In this document: positions 30,506-40,806 of the stretch, one piece after another
How the letters are laid out: each line of letters begins with the position of its first letter
How positions within the stretch are numbered: the stretch's first letter is position 1
NCBI GenBank assembly: GCA_963662465.1
Contig: OY759599.1
Coordinates: 7,232,001 to 7,296,000, forward strand
Length of the DNA: 64,000 bases
Direction: 5' to 3'
Origin: Desulfatiglandales bacterium
Lineage (GTDB): Bacteria > Desulfobacterota > DSM-4660 > Desulfatiglandales > Desulfatiglandaceae
Position numbers and translations under genes: made by a program
Notes under the pieces: model-generated
Seen by the model: only the letters and a program-made list of their open reading frames with translations
Database searches by the model: none
What the model was told of the DNA's origin: nothing

Positions 30506-31240
30506 TCACGGTTTCTCATTTTGGTTGCGGTGGTGTATCGCAGCGGTGCAAAAGTGTAGCAATTCCCAGAAACTAGATACTTTTCTTTCGTTAAAAACGA
30601 TTTGTTGCGCTCTGTTAAGATTAAGAGACCCATAGGGTTTAAGGGCAACGCCCGGTTCATTTTGAACCACTACAAACGCTGCACCCGGAATGATGTTTGC
30701 GTTAATGGGAAATTCCGGAGGGCATCCCAGATCACAGACCCCGGCCAACGCGCTTTCAAGTTCGTTGTAATCTATATCTTCCAAAGCGGCATGCACGCTT
30801 GAAAGGCCGGAATCATCCGGTTCATTGATCACATAACCGGGTCCGGTCAGTCCGAAACGGGCGGCCGCTTCCCCAAGAAAACAGTTGGGCAAGGTATATG
30901 AAAACAGCGCTGGGCCGGCAAACGCCCCGTTTTCCAACTGGGTTGTCTCAAAGTAGGCCATGTCCGTATGAAGACACCCATACACAGTAGAGACGACAAT
31001 TCCCACCTCTCTTTTGGCCGTCCATTCATCCATGCCCGCGTCTTTCAGGGCCAACCCGATGGCTGAAACGCCCACCCTGGAAAATTCATCCATCCTGCCG
31101 AAACGGGGATAGGGGGATTTAAAAACGGCTTTGCGAGACATGGACGGCAATTGACCCGGGGTCATATGGCAGTGGGCCTCTTTCCGACCCCGCCCCACGC
31201 TTTCAACTGAAATCCAGCCGACCCCGGTAATGAACGGCAT
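30506..31240 (-). CDS. Beta-ketoacyl synthase-like protein (chain-length-factor type)
   Basis: RFGRMD..SR, P.LFSYTLPN; no catalytic Cys motif. Confidence 0.8.
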   Translation of the reverse strand: MPFITGVGWISVESVGRGRKEAHCHMTPGQLPSMSRKAVFKSPYPRFGRMDEFSRVGVSAIGLALKDAGMDEWTAKREVGIVVSTVYGCLHTDMAYFETTQLENGAFAGPALFSYTLPNCFLGEAAARFGLTGPGYVINEPDDSGLSSVHAALEDIDYNELESALAGVCDLGCPPEFPINANIIPGAAFVVVQNEPGVALKPYGSLNLNRAQQIVFNERKVSSFWELLHFCTAAIHHRNQNEKP

Positions 31241-31243
31241 TTT

Positions 31244-32377
31244 TTACTCCCGGCTTTTTTCCAGAATCAGGGCGGCATTGATTCCCCCAAAACCGGAATT
31301 GGTAGACAACAGATAATTTCCGGGCATGACCGCAGGCCTGGAAGAGACCCTTCCCAGCGTATTTTCCGCCCCTTTGGAAAAACCGACTGTGGGGGGGACA
31401 ATGCCTTCGGACAAAACTTTCGTGCCCAATGCCGCCTCGATGCCGCCCGCGGCCCCCATGGTATGCCCGATGGCGCCCTTAATGGCATAAATCGGCAATC
31501 TTCGGTTTCCAAAAATCCGGTCAAACGCCGTCAATTCCATTTGATCGTTGTAAACGGTCCCCGTCCCGTGAGCGCAGACAGCGGAAATAGCTGCCTGTTT
31601 CAACCCGGCCCGCTTAAGCGCTCGTTCCACCGCCGCTGTCAATCCGCACCCATCCGGTGCAGGCGCGGTTACATGGAAGGCGTCAGCGGCCACCCCCCAT
31701 CCCAGGATTGTTCCCAGATGGCGCCGCCCTTCTTTTTTCGCTCGATCTGCCCCCATGAGCAGCACGGACGCAGCGCCTTCACCCAGGGTCAGTCCACTTC
31801 GATCGCTGTCAAAGGGCATGCAGGGGACAGGCGACAGGGCGCCAAGCGCTGAAAACCCGGAAAAAACAAATTCCGTGACCAGGTCCACGCAACATATCAG
31901 CACGCATTCCACCCGACCGGCGGCAATCAACGCGGCTCCTTTCGCCACGGCAATGGCGGAGGAGGCGCAAGCCGCTGAAATGTTGGCGCCCCCGTGGGTT
32001 AACCCCAGATGACGGGCTATCCGTTTGGTAATGGAAACCGCAAGAATATCCGAAGGATCGGCCGTCTCTCCCCGTTGTGTACGCTCCAGGTTGTCAATAC
32101 CGGCCTTGGTTGTAGCGGTGTAAAGATGGGCATCGGGTGGGACCGGCGTCATTTTCTTGAACAAACGGTCCAGAAGATCATGAATCATGGATGGCGCGTT
32201 GGACCCATCGAGGTCTTTAATGCAGGCGGCGAAACGGCTTCGGTATCTTTCCACCGAAAATCGTTCAACCGGCGTGATGGCCGAGCGCCCGGACAAAAGC
32301 TGCTGCCATAATTCATCGAGGTTTCGACCGAGCGCCGTCACCGCTGTTGCATCAGTTACCCAAACCGCTACCGTCAT
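31244..32377 (-). CDS. Beta-ketoacyl-ACP synthase (FabF-like)
   Basis: SAACASS, AHGTGT, KGAIGHTMGAAG, NSGFGG. Confidence 0.92.
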   Translation of the reverse strand: MTVAVWVTDATAVTALGRNLDELWQQLLSGRSAITPVERFSVERYRSRFAACIKDLDGSNAPSMIHDLLDRLFKKMTPVPPDAHLYTATTKAGIDNLERTQRGETADPSDILAVSITKRIARHLGLTHGGANISAACASSAIAVAKGAALIAAGRVECVLICCVDLVTEFVFSGFSALGALSPVPCMPFDSDRSGLTLGEGAASVLLMGADRAKKEGRRHLGTILGWGVAADAFHVTAPAPDGCGLTAAVERALKRAGLKQAAISAVCAHGTGTVYNDQMELTAFDRIFGNRRLPIYAIKGAIGHTMGAAGGIEAALGTKVLSEGIVPPTVGFSKGAENTLGRVSSRPAVMPGNYLLSTNSGFGGINAALILEKSRE

Positions 32378-32393
32378 TCAAACACCCCGTCCG

Positions 32394-32843
32394 CTATTCG
32401 GTTTGAGTCTTGTCCAATGATTTACAGTCCCCCTTCCAATAGGCCTTCTCCACTTTGTTTTCCCGATCCACATCAAAATACGTGATGCAATAATCCATGG
32501 CGGGAACCGACTGGCCCAGAACGGTTGCCGTTACTTCACCGGGGCCTGATTTTCGGCTGTCAATATTGGGTGGATATTCAATCAATGCAGAATGGGCCAG
32601 AGGGTTCATGGCATATTCATTTTTGGTTTCCACATACACAAAAACCTTTTTGTCGCCGGGCGCATTAAATGTCCTTCCGGGAGGTCCCCAGGATTCCACG
32701 AGCCTGCTGCTTTCCGCCCCCACATAGGTCCGGCAAAGTTCGGTATACCCCTTGCCCGTGGGAAAATGCAGTGTTTTACAGCCCGAAAACAATAAACATG
32801 CAGACATCGAAATAAACGCCAATCGCAGAATAAAAAATTTCAT
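32394..32843 (-). CDS. Hypothetical lipoprotein
   Basis: Lipobox FSGC; WGPP motif. Confidence 0.65.
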   Translation of the reverse strand: MKFFILRLAFISMSACLLFSGCKTLHFPTGKGYTELCRTYVGAESSRLVESWGPPGRTFNAPGDKKVFVYVETKNEYAMNPLAHSALIEYPPNIDSRKSGPGEVTATVLGQSVPAMDYCITYFDVDRENKVEKAYWKGDCKSLDKTQTE

Positions 32844-33035
32844 GGGACCTCCTCAAGGAAGAATATGGGAAATGAACCTTTTCAGGCGGGCAATATAGCG
32901 CCTATGAAGCATGGCCGCAACCAAAAAGGGCACAGATGAATCGGATACCGGTTTACTCTTTCAGAAAATTATGGTAGCCGTTGCCTCAGGTGCAGTAGGC
33001 ATCAATACCACGAAAGGTTCTGGAAACAGGGATCA

Positions 33036-34142
33036 ATGGGAATGAAATGTGAAAGCAACGAGGCCATTCGAACCCTCCTGAAAAATGGGGTTGAAGAAGG
33101 GGTCTATCCCGGCGCCGTTCTGCTGGCGGCCCAAAAAGGTCACAGGGTATTTTTTGAATGCGCCGGAAATCGGACACTGTTTCCAGAGCCACTTCCCATG
33201 GAAAAGGACACCCCCTTTGACTTGGCCTCCCTGACTAAACCCCTGGCCACCACCCTGGCTATCATGAAACTGGTGGACCAGGGAAAGGTTCATCCGGATC
33301 AACCCCTTGGCGACCTGTTGCGAAAACCCGTCCCCCCGGACAAGGCGGCCATTACCCTTCGATTCCTTCTGGCCCATTGCGCGGGTCTTTCAAGCTGGGA
33401 ACCTTTTTATCTTGAGCTTGCAGGCCAAAAGCGCCGGATGAGAAAAGTCCTGCTCAGAGAACAATTATTAAAAATGTCCCTCAAGTCCGCACCCGGAGAA
33501 AAAACTGATTACAGTGATCTTGGGTTCATGATTCTTGAATGGGTGGTAGAGGAATTCACGGGAAATACCCTTCCCCAATTCCTTGATCATCATTTTTTGA
33601 GGCCTCTTTCCCTGGAAAAAGCGCTTTTTTTTGGCGGTATTCCCCCTCAGCGCATTGAAACCCGATTTGCCGCTACGGAAAACTGCCCCTGGCGCAAGCG
33701 AATGCTTCAAGGGGAGGTGCATGACGAAAACGCCTGGGCACTGGGCGGATATTCAGGACACGCAGGCCTTTTTGGTACGGCGGAAGGCGTTTATGGCCTG
33801 GCCAATCTCCTCAGGGAACATTTTCACGGATTGCGCAAGGATTACCTTCAACCGAAAACGGTTAGGGCCTTTTTTGAAAGGCAACAGCTTGTGACGGGCA
33901 GCACCTGGGCACTGGGGTGGGACACCCCTTCCCCCCTCAATTCAAGTGCGGGAAACCATTTTTCACCTGGTTCCGTAGGACATCTGGGATTCACGGGGAC
34001 TTCCCTGTGGATGGACCTTCATCATGATGTGATGGTCATTTTTTTGACCAATCGCATCCATCCGTCCAGGCAAAATACAGCCATCAGGGCCTTCAGACCC
34101 AGACTGCACAATCTGGTGATGGAACAACTCGATATGGACTAA
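33036..34142 (+). CDS. Serine hydrolase, beta-lactamase family
   Basis: ASLTK, YSD, GHAGLF, GHLGFTGT. Confidence 0.9.
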   Translation: MGMKCESNEAIRTLLKNGVEEGVYPGAVLLAAQKGHRVFFECAGNRTLFPEPLPMEKDTPFDLASLTKPLATTLAIMKLVDQGKVHPDQPLGDLLRKPVPPDKAAITLRFLLAHCAGLSSWEPFYLELAGQKRRMRKVLLREQLLKMSLKSAPGEKTDYSDLGFMILEWVVEEFTGNTLPQFLDHHFLRPLSLEKALFFGGIPPQRIETRFAATENCPWRKRMLQGEVHDENAWALGGYSGHAGLFGTAEGVYGLANLLREHFHGLRKDYLQPKTVRAFFERQQLVTGSTWALGWDTPSPLNSSAGNHFSPGSVGHLGFTGTSLWMDLHHDVMVIFLTNRIHPSRQNTAIRAFRPRLHNLVMEQLDMD

Positions 34143-34175
34143 GGCGGCAAGCCGTAGTTAGGGAGATAGACCACA

Positions 34176-34700
34176 ATGGCGGAAATCAGAAGCACCCTCG
34201 ACATCATCATGGAAAAAGCCAAAACCCTCACCGTGACCGATGAGGACAAAAAGGGATTTTTAGAAAAAGAAGTTCAAGGCCAGGTCAAAGGATTTTTTCA
34301 GAAGTACCTGGACGGAATTTTATCGATCGATCAACTCAAAACCGAAATGGCATCCTTTGATCAGGATCGAAGGCCTGTTGCGGAAAAGGCACTGCTGGCG
34401 GAGTGTTTAGGCGCCATAATCACGGAAGGAAACAATGGTCCGCTTTTTGAGGTGCTGGGCAAACTTCTGGGATGCAATGTCAAACCGATTCTGAGTGTGA
34501 TTCTTGAATTTCAGGAACAGCAAAAACAAGAGCGCGATAAAAGGACAATCGCCCAAATTCAAGTATTAAAGGAGTGGGGTGTATCCGGGTCCGCGGTCGT
34601 CCCCAACCTCGGGGCAAGCACTGCCTGGCGCGAATATCTGACGGATATGGAAAATCGATTTCAAGAAAGGCTCAAGGCTTTGCATATGGCCGCTTCGTAA
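34176..34700 (+). CDS. Conserved hypothetical protein
   Basis: GGGAGA RBS; MAEIRSTLDIIMEK start; GVSGSAVVPN motif. Confidence 0.65.
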   Translation: MAEIRSTLDIIMEKAKTLTVTDEDKKGFLEKEVQGQVKGFFQKYLDGILSIDQLKTEMASFDQDRRPVAEKALLAECLGAIITEGNNGPLFEVLGKLLGCNVKPILSVILEFQEQQKQERDKRTIAQIQVLKEWGVSGSAVVPNLGASTAWREYLTDMENRFQERLKALHMAAS

Positions 34701-34929
34701 GGGCTATGCTTGAGAGGGAATACACGAAGGCATCCCCTTTCCATTGCTCTCTATGGGAACGAAGGAAAAATGTGCGAATGAATTCGCACCTACATCCTGA
34801 GACCAGTGATGCACCGTAAAGAATGAATTGACATTATTTTGGCCATTGTCTATATTTTTACCATTATTTGTGTTTTAGTACCTTATCTTCAGGTTTTCTG
34901 TAACAAAAAACAATAAAGTTTGTAACCGC

Positions 34930-34978
34930 TTGAACTTAAAACTTAAAACTTAAAACTTAGAACTTAAAACTTAAAACT
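34930..34978. repeat. Heptamer array (TAAAACT)x7 (two variant units)
   Basis: Directly visible upstream of 35013. Confidence 0.95.
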
Positions 34979-35012
34979 GCGGCTCTGCTGTTTTCAATGG
35001 GAGGATCGTTTT

Positions 35013-36122
35013 ATGGAAAAACAGAGATTGTTTTATTTGTTTCTTTTTGGGTTGTTGATGACACCATGCCTTCTTTTTTCGGCTGGCACAGGGGTGGCTC
35101 AGGATTTGTCTGAAAGCCATGACCCGCTTGGAGACTGTAATGCCATTTCTTCTCCGTCCGAAAATGAATCACAAGCATCCAACAACAACATCACAAAACT
35201 GAATGATTGCTCCAAAGCGAATTTTTTATTGAACTGGGCAGAGTACAAGTTTCCGGGACTGTTTCCTTCGGGCCCCGTAACGCAATATATGACACAACCT
35301 GAGGCCTTTTACAGAGCGTATTCAACCAACGTACTTCTGGGTACGCATCGAGATCATATCTATCTGCTTGATCAGCAATCTCAGTTAACAGACTATGGTG
35401 TCGTGGATGACTGGGTTGCCATAGCCCAGGATCCGAATGCTGGTGAGGTAATGTTCGGATACGTTTTTTCATCCATTTCCCTGGATCGTGATCCGGGACA
35501 AGGCGATTGCGGTATCGGTCCGTGGGCTGATCCTTACTGTACCAGCTTGAAAATATGGTGGAAAATGCAGTTGAAGGCTTTTGCCATGTCTCCCGTACTG
35601 ATCATTCCGGATGGTGAGAATCGCTGGGTTATTACCAACTTAGGCGCTGTGGCCGAAAAATATAGTGTGTCATTGCCCGATTCATCGGACCTGGGAACCT
35701 ATCAGTACATGTTCCTGGATCCTTCAGTGACCAATCCAGAGTGCACCGTCGCCCAGTTCGAAGGAGCGGATTTTTCTTTTCAGGTCATGGGAACGCGGGA
35801 AAATGGGTTGACAGAACTGATTATTTCTTCAAACGCTATTGAATCCACGGCGGGAAACTGCATGCAGGCGGCTTTCGCGTATGAGACTACTTATTTGCTC
35901 AATGGATGGGCCGCGGGACTCAGCGGCGATCCCATGGATTTGCGAGTGGAATTAAATGACACCTTCATGAATGCTCCCGGACAGTACACATTTATCAATA
36001 CGATCGATACCAATCCCAGCCCTGAAAACCGTGACCATGTCCGCGTGGAACTGGGCTTTTATTGTACGGATTCGATCAGTGGACCAGGAGTGCATGAAAG
36101 TATCCCATGCCCATGGGAATGA
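35013..36122 (+). CDS. Hypothetical exported Cys-rich protein
   Basis: GGAGG RBS, signal peptide, LLNWAEYKFPGLFP motif. Confidence 0.65.
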   Translation: MEKQRLFYLFLFGLLMTPCLLFSAGTGVAQDLSESHDPLGDCNAISSPSENESQASNNNITKLNDCSKANFLLNWAEYKFPGLFPSGPVTQYMTQPEAFYRAYSTNVLLGTHRDHIYLLDQQSQLTDYGVVDDWVAIAQDPNAGEVMFGYVFSSISLDRDPGQGDCGIGPWADPYCTSLKIWWKMQLKAFAMSPVLIIPDGENRWVITNLGAVAEKYSVSLPDSSDLGTYQYMFLDPSVTNPECTVAQFEGADFSFQVMGTRENGLTELIISSNAIESTAGNCMQAAFAYETTYLLNGWAAGLSGDPMDLRVELNDTFMNAPGQYTFINTIDTNPSPENRDHVRVELGFYCTDSISGPGVHESIPCPWE

Positions 36123-36189
36123 TCTGAAGTCCGCCGAATTGAGCATAAGAGGTTGGGCACTTGTCTGTTTCTTTTGCGGAAAAAAGGAA

Positions 36190-36594
36190 ATGCTTGAAAG
36201 AAGAGAATTCATTCGGAAAAGTGTTTTATGGGGATCATATGCTCTGGGCGCCGTTGCCATCGGTTATCCGGTTTTTTCTTTTATAAGCTTCGGGAAAATG
36301 ACCGAGCAAAAGGTCATTTTTCCGCCCGATGCCCAGCATGCCGGCGCCAATTTTAAAGAAGGCGTCTACCTTATCCCCGAAACGGACGGGTTTCGAGCCC
36401 TCTCCGCCAAATGCCCTCACCTGGGATGCACCGTCAATTTTGACCCGGTTTCCGGAAAATTCAAATGCCCCTGCCATGGCAGCACCTTTGGCCCTTCAGG
36501 AGAATGGCTCTCGGGACCTGCCGGGCGGAATCTTCGTTCGCTTCCGGTTAAAAGTAAACCGAATGGCGACATTGAAATCGTTGTGAAGATTTGA
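36190..36594 (+). CDS. Rieske 2Fe-2S protein
   Basis: Tat-like RREFI, CPHLGC and CPCHGS boxes. Confidence 0.92.
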   Translation: MLERREFIRKSVLWGSYALGAVAIGYPVFSFISFGKMTEQKVIFPPDAQHAGANFKEGVYLIPETDGFRALSAKCPHLGCTVNFDPVSGKFKCPCHGSTFGPSGEWLSGPAGRNLRSLPVKSKPNGDIEIVVKI

Positions 36595-36601
36595 TTGAGA
36601 A

Positions 36602-37522
36602 TTGGATTCGTTGCTTACGAATAAAACCGGCCACGGCATTTCGACCGGAATTTCCTCATATCTTCCCCGTCTGGGACTCTCCGCGCTGGTTTTATGCCTC
36701 CTCTCAGGTATTATTCTGTCGTTTTACTATCGCCCCATGGGAAATGTTTTTCAAAACGTCGAAGAAATCACAACCCTTGTGCCCTATGGCTGGTTTTTTA
36801 GACAGCTTCATTTTGCTTCAGGCCAGCTTTTTGTGATTCTGATGCTCATCCATACGATGGACCACTTTCACCAGAAACGATATCGCCTTTACCCTGAGGG
36901 ACGGTGGCAACGACTCGTATTTTCTCTATGCCTTTGCTTTTACGCCCTTTTCACGGGGTTCATCCTGAAAGGCGATAAGGAAGGACTTTTTGCGGCCCGG
37001 ATTTTCATGAATATTGCAAGTGGCCTGCCTCTGGTAGGCAACCCCCTTTCCAGGCTGTTCATTCTGCCCGGAAAAGACATCTTCTTTCTTCCCTATCTGT
37101 ACCACTGTTTCTTTCTTCCCCTTTTTATCCTGTATTTGATCAGAAATCATATCCGTAACTGGTTTCCTAAACAGAAGTTCCTTTATGTGGGCGCCCTGGG
37201 TCTGTGCCTGTATGCGCTCTTTGTAAAACCGTTTATGGATATTCCACCCGAGGCGTTTGCGGCATCCGTCAAAGGCCCCTGGTTTTTCCTGGGTCTTCAG
37301 ACTTTACTGAAAACCGTTCCCGCAACGCTGGCGGGTATTGTTTTTCCTGCCTTTTTCCTGGTTTGTGTGATAATCCTTCCGAGCATTGAAAAGGATTCGG
37401 GAAAATTGGGTTTAGAAAAATCAACACTGAGGGTCATTTCCCTGGGGCTTCACGGGCTGACTGTGCTGGTATTTTTTCTTTATGCCCTTTTGACGCTTAA
37501 GGCGGCACTGTGGGAGCCTTGA
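36602..37522 (+). CDS. Cytochrome b (bc-complex type)
   Basis: GW.FRQLH...LIH and YH...NH heme ligands, PWFFLGLQ. Confidence 0.85.
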   Translation: MDSLLTNKTGHGISTGISSYLPRLGLSALVLCLLSGIILSFYYRPMGNVFQNVEEITTLVPYGWFFRQLHFASGQLFVILMLIHTMDHFHQKRYRLYPEGRWQRLVFSLCLCFYALFTGFILKGDKEGLFAARIFMNIASGLPLVGNPLSRLFILPGKDIFFLPYLYHCFFLPLFILYLIRNHIRNWFPKQKFLYVGALGLCLYALFVKPFMDIPPEAFAASVKGPWFFLGLQTLLKTVPATLAGIVFPAFFLVCVIILPSIEKDSGKLGLEKSTLRVISLGLHGLTVLVFFLYALLTLKAALWEP

Positions 37523-37550
37523 TCGGAGGTCAGAGGTCAGAGGTCGGAGG
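37523..37550. repeat. Heptamer array (TCRGAGG)x4
   Basis: Starts immediately after cytochrome b stop. Confidence 0.85.
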
Positions 37551-37571
37551 ATCAATATCAAGGAGGACAAG

Positions 37572-38093
37572 ATGAGAGAAAAGATAAGGATTGTAAGGGA
37601 AGACATCACTAAATTGAAGGTTGACGCCATTGTCAACGCCGCCAACAATTCCCTTCTGGGGGGTGGGGGCGTTGATGGAGCTATTCACCGTGCGGCGGGA
37701 CCGGCCTTGCTGGAGGAGACACGAAAGATAGGCGGGTGCCCCACCGGGGAAGCGCGGGTGAGCAAGGGATACCATCTCCCCGCAAAATGGGTGATTCATA
37801 CGGTGGGACCGATCTGGAAAGGGGGCGGCCGGAACGAAGAAACACTCCTGGCTAACTGTTACCGAAACAGCCTTCGGGCGGCTGTGGAAAAAGGGGCCCG
37901 AACCGTGGCGTTTCCGGCCATCAGTACCGGCGTTTACGGGTTTCCTCTTGAAAGAGCCACTGAAATCGCCATAACGGAAACCATGAGGTTTCTTGAAAAG
38001 GATGACCTGCTGGATCAGATTATATTTGTCTGTTTTGGAAAAACGGCGATGGATGTCTATCAGACGGCTTCTTCCCGCTTGATCACGGCATAA
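37572..38093 (+). CDS. Macro domain O-acetyl-ADP-ribose deacetylase (YmdB-like)
   Basis: [33 protein letters not shown]. Confidence 0.95.
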   Translation: MREKIRIVREDITKLKVDAIVNAANNSLLGGGGVDGAIHRAAGPALLEETRKIGGCPTGEARVSKGYHLPAKWVIHTVGPIWKGGGRNEETLLANCYRNSLRAAVEKGARTVAFPAISTGVYGFPLERATEIAITETMRFLEKDDLLDQIIFVCFGKTAMDVYQTASSRLITA

Positions 38094-38299
38094 TCCCAAG
38101 CCCGTTGGCAAGTCCGGTTTCAATAGATGCTCAGTCCGTTTCGCCGAGCTGATCAGTTATTGCCGTGTAATTGCCGATAAATTGTCTGTGCGTTTTTAAA
38201 GATTTGAAATATCTTTGGCGGGTCTTCGAAAGTTTCCATTTGAAACGTTTTTGCCTTGTGGTATGATCCATTCTCACTACCTACAAAGGGGTTTGTACT

Positions 38300-38626
38300 A
38301 TGAAGCCGTTTATTCGTTTTGACATGAAAGTTCCCATCCGTATTTTCCGAGAAGGTGATGGATTTGTTTCCCACTGCCCTGTTTTTGATGTGTCTTCTCA
38401 AGGCGATACGGAAGAAGAAGCTAGAGCAAACCTGGGCGAGGCCCTTACCGGTTTTATCATGGTGTGTCATGAGATGGGTACTATTTTTGAAGTTATGGAA
38501 GAAGCTGGGTTCGTCCCCGGTATAGCGGAGCAACCGGGATCTCCCACCGACAACGAAATTGATCTTATTGACATCCCTCTGCCTTTTATGCTCGCGGATG
38601 ATGGATCTTCCGAATGCCGCACATAA
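38300..38626 (+). CDS. hicB: HicB family antitoxin
   Basis: CP.FDVSSQGDTEEEARANL.EA. Confidence 0.85.
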   Translation: MKPFIRFDMKVPIRIFREGDGFVSHCPVFDVSSQGDTEEEARANLGEALTGFIMVCHEMGTIFEVMEEAGFVPGIAEQPGSPTDNEIDLIDIPLPFMLADDGSSECRT

Positions 38627-38847
38627 CCCCGGTACACTGGAAAAAACTCGAGTGTGTTTTCTTTCGATACGGGTTTGAATTTGCCCGGCAGGTTGGTTCT
38701 CACAGGCATTACGTCAAAAAGGGTATCAATAGGCCCGTGGTTATTCCTGCGCACCCCAAGCCTGTAAAGGTCTTCGTCATCCAAAGCAACCTGAGAACGG
38801 CTAAAATGAATCGAGACGAATATTTTAGGTATCTGGCTGATTGTTGA
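38614..38847 (+). CDS. hicA: HicA family toxin
   Basis: GF...RQ.GSH..Y...VVIP.H. Confidence 0.88.
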   Translation: MPHITPVHWKKLECVFFRYGFEFARQVGSHRHYVKKGINRPVVIPAHPKPVKVFVIQSNLRTAKMNRDEYFRYLADC

Positions 38848-38957
38848 TCTGTGTAAACAACTTTAGCAGTTCTGTGCGTCACGTCCGGGAAGATAGGCAA
38901 ATTGCTCCGAACGGTTTTGCTTGCCTCACGGATCACAGGAGTATCCGCATCCCTGTC

Positions 38958-39212
38958 CTATCCATGCTCATCCTTCAGGAAATGCTGATGGTACTCCTCT
39001 TCACTGAGATAGCGTTTCAACAGGTACGTCAGAAGGTTAAACAACTTTTCCAGGTCTTCTTCGCTCATGCGCTCCCGCATCAAGGCCATGTGCGCATCAT
39101 CTGAGAATTTCTGGAGATAATAGATAATGGTGTGTTCATCCCCCTCCCTGTCAAGTCCGAAGCCTACGAGGCCCTCATATTCTTCTACAAATTTGTGGGT
39201 ATGCTTTTCCAT
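38958..39212 (-). CDS. Conserved hypothetical cytoplasmic protein
   Basis: 84 aa acidic ORF, YLQKFSD, LSEEEYH..FL. Confidence 0.65.
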   Translation of the reverse strand: MEKHTHKFVEEYEGLVGFGLDREGDEHTIIYYLQKFSDDAHMALMRERMSEEDLEKLFNLLTYLLKRYLSEEEYHQHFLKDEHG

Positions 39213-39272
39213 TAGTCCCTTATTCCCTAAAAACCTGTCACAAAAAACAAGAAATTCATTGACAGAACAACT

Positions 39273-39326
39273 TAAAACTTAAAACTTAAAACCTAAAACC
39301 TAAAACTTAAAACCGCGGCTTGCCGC
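39273..39326. repeat. Heptamer array (TAAAACY)x6 followed by GCGGCTTGCCGC hairpin
   Basis: Directly visible, just past LUD gene stop. Confidence 0.95.
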
Positions 39327-39327
39327 C

Positions 39328-39972
39328 TTAGAACCCCATTGCCTGGTTCACCAGAACCACCGACATGTCGGTCATCATGGGTTTTCGGTGAAAAATGGTG
39401 GTAATTCGGCAGATTCGCTGAGGAGAATTGCAGTCGTTGCAAACACCCGTCTCCGCGCAGGGGGTGTCCATGTTGAGGCTTTTGGCCCGCATGGGACCCG
39501 CCATTTCCCTGACCCGGTTAAGGGCCGACTCCAGATCATGGGTTACCTTGTTCATGCCCGCCGCCACCACCACTTTTCGGGGGCCGAAACTCATGGCATT
39601 GGTGCGGTTGCCCACGCCATCCACATTGACAATCTCACCGGTGGCGGAGATGGCATTGGCGCTGCAGAAAAAGCAATCGCATCGCCCCTGCAAAAGCCGA
39701 AGCGCCAGATCTTCCTCTTTGGGAAGATCGGTTTGCCAGTGATCATATATGGTTTTCCCCTGCCCTTTGAGCGCTTCGGTGAATCCCAGTGCCCGGGTGG
39801 TATCCGACCCGCCGAAACCAAAGGTGTCAAAATCTGAAACCATATTCAGAATCAGGGTTTTCGCGTCCTCCGGCGTGGAAACGAAGTGGGCGTCAAAGCC
39901 ATGCTTTTTGAGATTTTTAACGCATTTTTCGCCCAGCTTTTCCCAAAGCCATGTCTGGTAGTTGTTTGCCAT
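39328..39972 (-). CDS. LUD domain (lactate utilization) protein
   Basis: SANAI..GEIVNVDG.GNR, TPC..TG.C.DC.SP.RIC. Confidence 0.88.
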   Translation of the reverse strand: MANNYQTWLWEKLGEKCVKNLKKHGFDAHFVSTPEDAKTLILNMVSDFDTFGFGGSDTTRALGFTEALKGQGKTIYDHWQTDLPKEEDLALRLLQGRCDCFFCSANAISATGEIVNVDGVGNRTNAMSFGPRKVVVAAGMNKVTHDLESALNRVREMAGPMRAKSLNMDTPCAETGVCNDCNSPQRICRITTIFHRKPMMTDMSVVLVNQAMGF

Positions 39973-40005
39973 TGATTATCTCCTTGCGGAATTTAGGATT
40001 CATCA

Positions 40006-40791
40006 TCAATTCTTTTCCGGGCGAATTGTAATGAATTCCTTTTTTAGAATGGAAGCCATGACGACCCGGTCTATGGATGGATGCATCGCCATCAGGCGTT
40101 GCGCCAGATCACGCGCCGCCCCATCATCAGAAAGCACATCCAATTGGTTCAAAACAACCATCCGCCGCGCTGAAACTGGCGTATTCTTAAACAGGCCGGC
40201 TTGTCCGCCAAAGGCCCTGGCCAACTCCTTGGGACCCAGAATATCTCCCTCTTCAAGTCCGGTCAGTTCCTTGAACAATGCCGGTCTGAAAACAATGTCA
40301 GGCCCGAGGGGCTTGTCCAGGGCGCCCAAGCCCATCACCGCAATGACGCCCGTTACGGATTTGGGGATCACCGGTTCACGGGCCGCGGGCGCCTTCACGG
40401 GGCGACCCGCGGCGCCATCCGCCTCGATAATTACATGTTCCACCCAGGGTTTCCCGAACAGATCATCGGCCATGGTGGAAGGGATGCCTTCTATCTTTCC
40501 GTTCTCAAGGAACTCCCGGCCCACAAATATACTGCCCGCTTCATCGAGTCCTTTCTTTACGGCTTCCAGTCCCAAACTGTCGGGGGGGCAAAGCACCAGG
40601 CGGGGAAAGGCATGGGCTTCCTCGCGCCAGACCTTGGTGGTGGTGGTTGAGACCACCCTTGCCCCTGCTTCTCTCAATGCCGTCGCCAGTGCAAAACAAA
40701 GGGTCGTCTTTCCACCTCCGCCCACAACGGCTAGATGCTCTTTAGGGCCGAGACCTAGAGCGGCAATCAAATCTTCCTTCAATCGTTCCAA
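40006..40791 (-). CDS. yqeC: Selenium-dependent hydroxylase accessory protein YqeC
   Basis: VGGGGKTT, STTTTK, EADGA..P.KAP..EPVIP. Confidence 0.88.
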   Translation of the reverse strand: MERLKEDLIAALGLGPKEHLAVVGGGGKTTLCFALATALREAGARVVSTTTTKVWREEAHAFPRLVLCPPDSLGLEAVKKGLDEAGSIFVGREFLENGKIEGIPSTMADDLFGKPWVEHVIIEADGAAGRPVKAPAAREPVIPKSVTGVIAVMGLGALDKPLGPDIVFRPALFKELTGLEEGDILGPKELARAFGGQAGLFKNTPVSARRMVVLNQLDVLSDDGAARDLAQRLMAMHPSIDRVVMASILKKEFITIRPEKN

Positions 40792-40806
40792 AAAAATGCC
40801 CCCCGA

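Noticed and set aside
13134..39326. Heptamer arrays as CRISPR
   Set aside because: No spacers, unit too short, no cas genes
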